Positions 33,507 through 40,594 of a stretch of 40,594 nt of DNA are shown here, in pieces. The DNA comes from a virus. Taxonomy: Duplodnaviria > Caudoviricetes. The notes beneath the pieces are model-generated. The model had not been told where the DNA came from. It saw nothing but the letters and a program-made list of their open reading frames with translations, and did no database searches. A program made the translations under genes and the position numbers. Position 1 is the first letter of the stretch. Each line of letters opens with the position of its first letter. Where the stretch lies: IMG/VR virus record IMGVR_UViG_3300049169_000015, positions 1 to 40,594 of that record. One strand, 5' to 3'.

Positions 33507-35831
33507 TTGAGCAGCTACAGGAACCGGACGCTGCGCCGCGCAGCCGAGACCCGTGTGTCGAGCGTGGACATGCTGCGGGACCGGCGGCCGATCACCGTCG
33601 CTTCGATCGGCGGGCAGCAGTCCCTGACGCTCGACCTGGACGCGGAGGCCCGCGGCTACGCCAACTCGGCTGTGGCGTACCGGTGTGTGGCTGCGATCGC
33701 CGACAACGGCTCGTCGGTGCCGCTGGCCGTGCGCCAGCCGGACGGCTCGCTGATCGAGGGCCACGACGTCGCGCAGCTGTTCAACAAGCGCCCCAACCCC
33801 CTGATGAGCGCGAGGGTGTTCAAGTCCCTCGTCCTCCAGCAGGGTGAGTTGGCCGGGCAGTCGTTCGTGTGGCTGGACCGCGGGGAGACCGGCCTCGGCC
33901 CGGTGACTGAGGCGCACATCGTGTTCGACCAGGTCGACGTCATCGTCGACAAACCTTTGGCGCAGCGGCCGACGATGGCCAACCTGCTCGGGTTCATCAT
34001 CCGCCGCGCGGACGGGACACAGGTCCCTGTCCTGCCCGAAGAGATGCTGTGGCTCAGGTATCCGCATCCGTTCGACCCGCTGGGCTGCCTGGCCCCGTGG
34101 AAAGCGGCGCGGCACGCCGTCGACATGGACGCCTACGCCCGCGAGTGGCAGCGCTCCAGCTACAAGAACGGCGCCAATCCCAGCGGCGTCGTCTACCTCG
34201 GGCAGATGGACGAGCAGCAGTTCGCAGCCGCCCGCGCGGCGTGGCGCAGCAGCATGCAGGGCCCGGCGAACGCGGGCAAGAACCTGCTGGTGTCCAGCCC
34301 GCCCGGCGGCGGTACCCCCGTCTCGTACGCCCGCGTCGGCCTGACCGCCGAAGAGATGGACTACCTCGAGTCCCGCGTAGCGAACGCCGCCGAGGTCATG
34401 ATGGCGTTCGGCATCCCCCACGACTACCTGGCCGCCGGCACCACGTACGAGAACCGGACCGCGGCCAAGACGACGCTGTGGTCAGACACGATCAAACCGA
34501 AGCTGGAGATCATCGGCTCGGAGATCGACCGCGTCATGCTGCCGTCCGACGCGGAAGAGGCCGAGTTCGATCTGTCCGGTGTCGAGGCCCTGCAAGAAGC
34601 GCAGGACTCGAAGGCGAACCGGACCCGGGCACTCGTGTACTCCGACACGTACATGATCGATGAGGCTCGGGCAGTGGTCGGCCTGGACCCTCTGCCGGGC
34701 GGCATCGGACAGAACACGCTCACCCCGTACCGGGCCCAGTTCGCCCCGGTGCAGGGCCTCCCGTCCGGGACCGACGACGCCCGGTCGTGGGACGCCGACT
34801 TCTCCCGTCTCCTCCCGTCGTCGCCGGACGTCGGGCCCGTTGTCGAGCGGGCCGTCGAGGCTGCGCTCGCCCGTCTGCTGGGTGCGGCCCGGCCGCAGGT
34901 CGACGCCCCGACGACGCCCCGTCGTCTGGAGCTGACGCGCGCCGACGACACCCCCAAGTCGCCGTCGCTGACGGATATCAACGCCACGTACGACGAGCTG
35001 GAGACCGTCGGCCGGCGCGCGGTCCAGGCCCTCGCGCGGGAGCAGCGGGAGCGCGTGCTCCGCGACTTTGACCGGCTGATGAAGAAGCCCGAACGCAGCG
35101 CGGCTTGGCTCGGTGAGGTGCGCACCGAGTCGGCGGCCCTCGCCCGCGAGCAGCTGCTCACCCTCGCCCCGCCGGACATGGACGTCGTCCCCGCGGCCTG
35201 CGCCACGGACATGGACGTCGCCTCCGGCCCCGACGGCTGGGAGCAGCGCATCAAGGTCCGTGAGATCTTCGACGGCGCGTACTGGCGGCGGCAGACCGCC
35301 CGGATGTTGCGGCCGTTCGTCGAGCGGGCCTGGCGCCGCGGCGGCGCGTCCATCACCCCGTCGTTCGACCTCGACGAGCCGGACGTTGCCGGGGCCCTGG
35401 ACGCCCGTGTCGAGGAGCTGGCCGGGCAGGTGACGGCGACGACGGAGCAGGTTCTCCGCTCGCAGCTCCTGGCGGCCGGTGTTGCCGAGGGCGAGAGCGT
35501 CCCGGAGCTGCGGGCCCGGATCCAGCGGGTGTTCACCAACCTCGGCGACTACCGGGCCACGATGATCGCCCGCACCGAGACCGTCGGCGGCTACTCGGCT
35601 GCGTCGCACATGGCCGCTCTCGACGCTGGCGCGGTACGCAAGACGTGGGTGTCCACGGACGACAAGCGGACCCGGCGTACGCACCGCGCAGCGCAGGGCT
35701 CCACCGTGCCGATGAACAAGCGGTTCAAGCTGACCGAGTCCCGGTGGCCGGCGGATGCGACCGCGCCCGCCAACCAGTCCATTCAGTGCCGGTGTGCGCT
35801 GACCTTCGAGTTCGACGATGAGGAGTCCTGA
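33507..35831 (+). CDS. Portal protein fused to MuF-like minor head domain (774 aa)
   Basis: HK97-like portal (NSAVAYRCV, RPNPLMS, NGANPSG, AFGIP) plus C-terminal RATMIARTE...KTW...D.RTRRTH...IQCRC. Confidence 0.9.
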   Translation: MSSYRNRTLRRAAETRVSSVDMLRDRRPITVASIGGQQSLTLDLDAEARGYANSAVAYRCVAAIADNGSSVPLAVRQPDGSLIEGHDVAQLFNKRPNPLMSARVFKSLVLQQGELAGQSFVWLDRGETGLGPVTEAHIVFDQVDVIVDKPLAQRPTMANLLGFIIRRADGTQVPVLPEEMLWLRYPHPFDPLGCLAPWKAARHAVDMDAYAREWQRSSYKNGANPSGVVYLGQMDEQQFAAARAAWRSSMQGPANAGKNLLVSSPPGGGTPVSYARVGLTAEEMDYLESRVANAAEVMMAFGIPHDYLAAGTTYENRTAAKTTLWSDTIKPKLEIIGSEIDRVMLPSDAEEAEFDLSGVEALQEAQDSKANRTRALVYSDTYMIDEARAVVGLDPLPGGIGQNTLTPYRAQFAPVQGLPSGTDDARSWDADFSRLLPSSPDVGPVVERAVEAALARLLGAARPQVDAPTTPRRLELTRADDTPKSPSLTDINATYDELETVGRRAVQALAREQRERVLRDFDRLMKKPERSAAWLGEVRTESAALAREQLLTLAPPDMDVVPAACATDMDVASGPDGWEQRIKVREIFDGAYWRRQTARMLRPFVERAWRRGGASITPSFDLDEPDVAGALDARVEELAGQVTATTEQVLRSQLLAAGVAEGESVPELRARIQRVFTNLGDYRATMIARTETVGGYSAASHMAALDAGAVRKTWVSTDDKRTRRTHRAAQGSTVPMNKRFKLTESRWPADATAPANQSIQCRCALTFEFDDEES

Positions 35832-35833
35832 CC

Positions 35834-36184
35834 ATGGCCACTCTGCTGCGGGGCGTGGAAGTCCCCGTGATCCTCCAGCCCGCGGGGAGCGTGCAGTACC
35901 GCGGCGCGTACTGCCCGCCTGGCGTGCCGTTCTCTGAAGTCAGGCGGGGCCCGTTCGACGGCAAGACGGACTTGGCCGTCATGCCCGACCCGAACGGCGA
36001 CCTGCCGAAGCACGTCAGCTTCGGCGGCGGCCGGGTCGTCTACGAGTACGACGGCCGCGACCAGAAAGACCGCGCCGTCTACCGGTACGCGCCGCGCCTG
36101 TCCCCCGCCCACCAGGCCGTCATGGACGGCGTGGCCGAGGTGTACGCCGAACACGCACTGAAGCAGCAGGGAGGCCAGTCATGA
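35834..36184 (+). CDS. Hypothetical protein (116 aa)
   Basis: GAGGAG RBS; in the head operon. Confidence 0.7.
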   Translation: MATLLRGVEVPVILQPAGSVQYRGAYCPPGVPFSEVRRGPFDGKTDLAVMPDPNGDLPKHVSFGGGRVVYEYDGRDQKDRAVYRYAPRLSPAHQAVMDGVAEVYAEHALKQQGGQS

Positions 36185-36366
36185 TCTCTCAGTGGATTCA
36201 AGTCCCGTGCCCCGTATGCGGGGTACAGCAGCCCGCGCCCGTGAGGTTCGAGCTGGGAGACGTCGACTACACGGCCAACACCCTCCCTGTGCTGGTTAGG
36301 GCCGACATGCAGAACGTCAACGCGCACGTGGCGACGTGCAAGAGGAGGCATGGCCAGGATGGCTGA
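36181..36366 (+). CDS. Small Zn-ribbon-like protein
   Basis: CPVCG...HVATC; GGAGG RBS, ATGA coupling. Confidence 0.55.
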   Translation: MISQWIQVPCPVCGVQQPAPVRFELGDVDYTANTLPVLVRADMQNVNAHVATCKRRHGQDG

Positions 36367-37030
36367 GATCGAGTTCCGTATCTTCGACACGGCAGAGTTC
36401 CGCGTCGGTGAGGACCAGGACGGCACCTTCGAAGGCGTGGCCTGCCAGTACGGCAAGAAGGACTCGTACGGCACCACCTTCCAGCCGGGAGTCTTCAAGC
36501 GCGGCATCGACAAGGGCTCGTACGCCTACCTGTTCATGCACAGCCCGTTCGACCCGATCGGGACCTTCCGCGCCGACGAGCAGAGCAACCTCCTGCACAT
36601 CGCGGGCGCGTACGACGACACGCAGTCTGGCCGCGACAAGAGGGCCATGGCCCGGTCTGGCAGCGCTCGGGAGCTGTCCGTGGGGTTCGTGCGTACGGAC
36701 CTGCCGGACTGGAAGAAGCTTGCCGAGATGAGCGACGAGGACCGCGACGAGACGCTGAACAACATCCGCTCTGCTCGGCTGGTGGAGGTCAGCCAGATCA
36801 CGGCGCGCATGGCGGCCGTCCCCGGCAGCAAGCTGAAGACGGTGCGCTCTGCCCTCGGCGCGCTCTACACCGAGACCGGCGAGCCGACGCTAGCTGAGCG
36901 GCTGGCCGCGTACGACCGCGAGCACGGCCGGGACTCCGCGATCGCACACGAGGTGGAGCAGGAGCGGCGCATGGCCGAGCGTGCCCGCCGTGCGGCGCGG
37001 CTGCGGCTGACGACGATCGGCGGCGCGTGA
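36350..37030 (+). CDS. HK97-type prohead protease
   Basis: FEGVAC.YG..DSYG...PGVF, LFMH, ELSVGF, LVEVS. Confidence 0.9.
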   Translation: MARMAEIEFRIFDTAEFRVGEDQDGTFEGVACQYGKKDSYGTTFQPGVFKRGIDKGSYAYLFMHSPFDPIGTFRADEQSNLLHIAGAYDDTQSGRDKRAMARSGSARELSVGFVRTDLPDWKKLAEMSDEDRDETLNNIRSARLVEVSQITARMAAVPGSKLKTVRSALGALYTETGEPTLAERLAAYDREHGRDSAIAHEVEQERRMAERARRAARLRLTTIGGA

Positions 37031-37167
37031 TGGGCAGCTTCCGCAGCCGCGCGCAGTGGCGGTGGGCATTTGCCACACGCCAACCATTCGCGCGAAGGTG
37101 GGCCCGCCGCTCCCGCTCGTTCCGAGTCCTTCCTCGGCGAGCGCGCGGCGGACGGAGGCGCCGCTAA
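37030..37167 (+). CDS. Small very basic protein (45 aa), not in the ORF track
   Basis: TGATG coupling; MGSFRSRAQWRWAFATRQPFARRWARRSRSFRVLPRRARGGRRRR*. Confidence 0.6.
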   Translation: MGSFRSRAQWRWAFATRQPFARRWARRSRSFRVLPRRARGGRRRR

Positions 37168-37316
37168 TGGTTTGGGTTCTGATCGTGTTCGGGCTGCTCG
37201 TGCTCATTCCTGCGTACGCCGTGGACGGGTGGCCACGCATCTACCTTGCGGTGCTCGCATTCGTGGCGGTCACCACCGCGTCGGCACTGGCGAAGATCTT
37301 GGATCGACGCAGGTAG
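37167..37316 (+). CDS. Small two-TM protein (49 aa)
   Basis: TAATG coupling, GGAGG RBS. Confidence 0.55.
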   Translation: MVWVLIVFGLLVLIPAYAVDGWPRIYLAVLAFVAVTTASALAKILDRRR

Positions 37317-37331
37317 ACGCCCGTCCTGGCC

Positions 37332-37380
37332 GTGACTTGCAGCCCCCGACGACGCCCGTCGCCGAATCGATCTACCCTCC
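37332..37380 (+). promoter_or_regulatory. Putative late promoter 2 (capsid)
   Basis: GTGACTTGCAGCCCCC-N14-CCGAAT-N5-TACCCT. Confidence 0.65.
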
Positions 37381-37516
37381 TGCCATCCGGGCGCTCACAC
37401 CGGACGTAAAAGCCGTGAGCATGCCGGGCGCGATCCACCGGCCGTGAAAGACGGACCGCAGACCCCCAGAACTCTGGGCGGCTGCGAGCCGTCCACGGAC
37501 CGAAAGGACGCGGCAC

Positions 37517-38809
37517 ATGAGCAACTTCGCCCGCATCCGGCCCATCGGTCGCCGCCGCGACGGACGACCGATCTACCCCATCAAGGGCGGCGCACCGACC
37601 CTCACCGAGCAGCGCGACGAGGTCGCCGCCCTGCTGGCAGACGAGAACTACAAGGGCGACATCGACGAACTCCTCGCGCGCGCGGACGAGATCGCCGCGA
37701 AGATCGAGCAGGCCAACCAGCGCGACGCCCGCCGTCGGGCCCTCCAGTCCGCGCAGCTCCCCGCCGGAGACCCGCAGCCCCAGCCCGGCCAGCGCAACCA
37801 GCCGGGCATGCAGCCCGACGACCAGGGCACCCCCGACCCCGTGTCGGCGGCCGAGGCGTTCGTCCGCTCCAAGGCGCTGGAGCACTTCCGCGCCAACGGG
37901 AAGCAGGGCAAGTTCGCCGTCGAGCACCGCGCTGCCCCGGCCGGCACCGTCACCACGGGCACGCAGCCGCAGCAGAACACCCGGGTGCCGGGGATCCTGC
38001 CGCAGAACCCGGACTTCCCGCTGCTGGTGGCGAACCTGCTGGACCGGCAGACGTCGGACGGCACGACGCTGGAGTACATGCGGGACACGTCCGGCCCGCA
38101 GTCGACGTGGAACAACGCGGCGGTCGTGGCCGAGGGCGCGGACAAGCCCATGAGCGGCCCGTTCAGCTTTGACCTGATCACCACGACGCTCAAGACCGTG
38201 GCGCACTGGGTGCCCATCACGAGGCAGGCCGCGGACGATAACGGCCAGCTGATGGGCTACATCAACGGCCGGCTGACGTACGGGCTGGAGTACAAGCTCG
38301 ACCGGGAGATCCTGACCGGCAACGGCACCACTGAGATGCAGGGGATCTTGACGACCCCGGGCATCGGCACGTACCAGCCCGCGCTCGGCAACGACGACGT
38401 CAAGCTGATCACGGTCCGCAAGGCCAAGACGCAGGCCGAGCTGGCGATGTACCCGCCCACGGCCGTGGTGATGAACCCGCTGGACTGGCAGGACATCGAG
38501 CTCGACGAGGACGCCAACGGCCAGTTCCGCGTCATCGCGAACGTCACCGACCCCGGCGCGGCGACCCGCCTGTGGGGCCTGACCGTCGTCACCACCGTGG
38601 CGATGACCGCAGGCACCGCGCTCCTCGGCGGGTTCCGGACCGGGGCGACGCTGTGGGAGCGGCAGGGGATCACGATCCTCATGACCGACTCGCACGCGGA
38701 CTACTTCACGTCGAACACCCTCGTCATCTTGGCCGAGCGCCGGGCGAACGTCGCGGTCCACACCCCGCAGGCGTTCGTGCAGATCACGTTCGCCGCGGCA
38801 ACCGCCTGA
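37517..38809 (+). CDS. Major capsid protein (HK97 fold, delta-domain N-terminus)
   Basis: VAEGADKP, VAHWVPITRQAADD, ILTGNG, VVMNPLDW, LWGLTVV, AERR motifs. Confidence 0.95.
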   Translation: MSNFARIRPIGRRRDGRPIYPIKGGAPTLTEQRDEVAALLADENYKGDIDELLARADEIAAKIEQANQRDARRRALQSAQLPAGDPQPQPGQRNQPGMQPDDQGTPDPVSAAEAFVRSKALEHFRANGKQGKFAVEHRAAPAGTVTTGTQPQQNTRVPGILPQNPDFPLLVANLLDRQTSDGTTLEYMRDTSGPQSTWNNAAVVAEGADKPMSGPFSFDLITTTLKTVAHWVPITRQAADDNGQLMGYINGRLTYGLEYKLDREILTGNGTTEMQGILTTPGIGTYQPALGNDDVKLITVRKAKTQAELAMYPPTAVVMNPLDWQDIELDEDANGQFRVIANVTDPGAATRLWGLTVVTTVAMTAGTALLGGFRTGATLWERQGITILMTDSHADYFTSNTLVILAERRANVAVHTPQAFVQITFAAATA

Positions 38810-38847
38810 CCTGGCCACACCGACACGACACCGTGAGGAGGCCAGTG

Positions 38848-39144
38848 ATGGCCACACGCAGCAGCAAGAGCACCGACGAGCCGCAGGAGCAGCCCAACCC
38901 GGCCGTCGTCCGCACGCAGGAGTACGCGGCGGGCACCGGCTGGGACATCGGCCAGACCGCGCCGGAGGCCGCGTACCGGCAGCTCGGCGGCGAGGGCATG
39001 ACCACACCTGTCGGCCCGGTCGTGAACAAGCACCCGGGCGGCCACGCCCGGCTGATCGTCGCCAAGGGCGGACTCGTCACGGCTGGCGTGAAGCGCGAGC
39101 TGGACGCCGCCAAGGCCGAGCAGTCCACGAAGGACGAGGGCTGA
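38848..39144 (+). CDS. Hypothetical virion protein (98 aa)
   Basis: GAGGAGG RBS; directly after the capsid gene. Confidence 0.7.
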   Translation: MATRSSKSTDEPQEQPNPAVVRTQEYAAGTGWDIGQTAPEAAYRQLGGEGMTTPVGPVVNKHPGGHARLIVAKGGLVTAGVKRELDAAKAEQSTKDEG

Positions 39145-39147
39145 CCG

Positions 39148-39828
39148 ATGGCGTACTGCTCCGAGGAAGAAGCGAGAGCCGCGGGCTGCACCGGCGCCAG
39201 TGCCGAGGTCCTCGCGTGGATCGCTGCTGCCACGGAGCGGATCACCCGGTACACGCAGCAACTGTTCGAGCCCACTTCGCTGGTGGTGGTGGCGGACGTG
39301 GCGGCGGATGGACTGGTCATCCTTCCGCGCCGCGTCCGCACGGTCACGTCGGTGACGCCCGTCGTCTCTGATGGGTCGGCATCGTCGCTGCCGTCGTCGG
39401 CGTGGCGGGTGACGTCGTCTGACGTGCTCGGGCAGATCGACGCGGTGCACCTGCGGTGGGGCGGCTACGACGACCTGATCGCCGGGGCCGAGTCGTACAA
39501 CGGCGGGTGGCGTGGTCTGTTCGAGCGGTGGGGGCTGGAGCAGGCCCGCATCGAGGGCGAGTTCGGGTACGACACGGTGCCCCTCCTCGTGAGCAAGGCG
39601 TGCGCCCTGCTCGCCGCTCACCTCCAGGCCGACGCAGCACCGTCCGACGCCGACGCCGCGCAGACCCCCGGTCTCGACGTGGACGACGAGGGCAACAACG
39701 TCCGCATCGAACCCGACGACGAGGAGACGACGCCCGACGCCCCGTCGTCGTCCACCGGATCGACGCAGGCAGACGCCCTCCTCGTCGCCTACATCAACCG
39801 GGCCGTACCCAGCTTCGGGGGTGTGTGA
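39148..39828 (+). CDS. Head-to-tail adaptor
   Basis: MAYCS..E...ATERITRYT...FGYDTVP..V..AC..LA pattern. Confidence 0.75.
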   Translation: MAYCSEEEARAAGCTGASAEVLAWIAAATERITRYTQQLFEPTSLVVVADVAADGLVILPRRVRTVTSVTPVVSDGSASSLPSSAWRVTSSDVLGQIDAVHLRWGGYDDLIAGAESYNGGWRGLFERWGLEQARIEGEFGYDTVPLLVSKACALLAAHLQADAAPSDADAAQTPGLDVDDEGNNVRIEPDDEETTPDAPSSSTGSTQADALLVAYINRAVPSFGGV

Positions 39829-40274
39829 TGCGCTTCGGAGCATCGGCCAGCGCCCGCCTCAACACCCGCGAGTACGAACGCGGCCTACGCCGAGCCCTGG
39901 GCGGCATGTCCAACGACGTGAAGCGCGCCGTCGAGCGGACCCGCATCGACGTCCAGAACGAAGCCCGGCGCCGCGCCCCGGTCGACACCGGCCGGCTCCG
40001 GTCCAGCATCGTGTCCCGCGCCGAAGGCTCCGGCCGCCGGGTGGGCTACGTGGTGGGCACGAACGTCAACTACGCGGCGGCGGTGGAGTACGGGACCGCG
40101 CCGCACGTCATCAAGCCCCGGTTCAAGAAGGCGCTGTTCTGGCCCGGCGCCCGGCACCCGGTCGCCTTCGTGAACCACCCGGGCACGAAGGCGCAGCCGT
40201 TCATGCGCCCGGCGATCGAGATGACCGACATCTTCTTCCGGTCCAACTTGTCCAGGATCCGGGGCGGCCGCTGA
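39828..40274 (+). CDS. HK97 gp10-like neck / tail completion protein
   Basis: APVDTGRLRSSI...YAAAVEYGT...HPGTKAQPFMRPA. Confidence 0.9.
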   Translation: MRFGASASARLNTREYERGLRRALGGMSNDVKRAVERTRIDVQNEARRRAPVDTGRLRSSIVSRAEGSGRRVGYVVGTNVNYAAAVEYGTAPHVIKPRFKKALFWPGARHPVAFVNHPGTKAQPFMRPAIEMTDIFFRSNLSRIRGGR

Positions 40275-40594
40275 TGGCCGCCACCACCGCGGGCGCACTG
40301 AAGGCCCGCCTGGAATCGCTCGGCACGTCGGTGCCGTTCTTCCGCGACGGGCCACGCCCCGGGCAGGAGCCCCCGTTCGGCGTCATCACCGAGGCCCTGT
40401 CCATCGGGCTGGACACCAACGGCAACGGGGACTACGGCGACCCGACGGCCGAGATCAACATCGTCGAAACGTGCACGGTCGACATCATCCAGACCGCCCG
40501 CACCAAGGCCACCACCGTCACCGCGAAGGTGACCGAACGGTACGGCCTCGTCGAGCTGTTCGCCCACGCCCTCCACGGCCACCCCCTCCCCGCC
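40274..40594 (+). CDS. N-terminal part of putative tail terminator (continues at 1-141)
   Basis: TGATG-coupled, open to the window end and in frame with the window start; synteny. Confidence 0.75.
   Translation, partial: MAATTAGALKARLESLGTSVPFFRDGPRPGQEPPFGVITEALSIGLDTNGNGDYGDPTAEINIVETCTVDIIQTARTKATTVTAKVTERYGLVELFAHALHGHPLPA

Larger units (their letters stand above)
1..40594. mobile_element. Complete temperate actinophage (Streptomyces-type siphovirus) genome, circularly permuted
   Basis: Full head, tail, lysis, integration and replication gene set; intact attP; no host genes; terminal 9-nt overlap CTCCCCGCC with an ORF in frame across the ends. Confidence 0.95.

Noticed and set aside
31800-34421. 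873-aa minus-strand ORF and similar long antisense ORFs (e.g. 37241-39007, 10507-11970)
   Set aside because: They mirror well-supported + strand genes and have the low-complexity composition typical of GC-rich antisense frames
35400-35831. MuF polymorphic toxin
   Set aside because: The ORF ends a few residues after the MuF CRC motif with no toxin extension

Overview
The window is one essentially complete, circularly permuted genome (~40.6 kb, very GC-rich) of a temperate Streptomyces-type siphovirus in its excised or virion form. The last 9 nt repeat the first 9 nt, and a tail-terminator-like ORF reads in frame across the junction. The order is: tail genes (1-8402), lysis (8414-10642), an accessory XRE-TPR regulator with small Zn-finger genes (10714-13437), a ~700-bp structured non-coding block ending in a tRNA-Val(TAC)-type attP (13440-14204), tyrosine integrase and immunity switch (14181-17059), early recombination/replication genes including an iteron-containing Rep, a DNA methyltransferase and WhiB (17139-28050), a plasmid spread (spd)-like membrane cassette (28115-31024), a lipoprotein, then packaging, head and neck genes (31738-40594). 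Four signals stand out. (1) Two convergent structured small-RNA candidates next to attP, with complementary loops and complementarity to the leader of the gene coupled to the integrase. (2) An identical 17-bp helically phased repeat shared by attP and the lysis/lysogeny switch. (3) A fixed-spacing late-promoter motif upstream of terS and the capsid gene. (4) The spd-like cassette without TraB. All family assignments come from motif recognition and synteny by eye; no database searches or folding programs were run.
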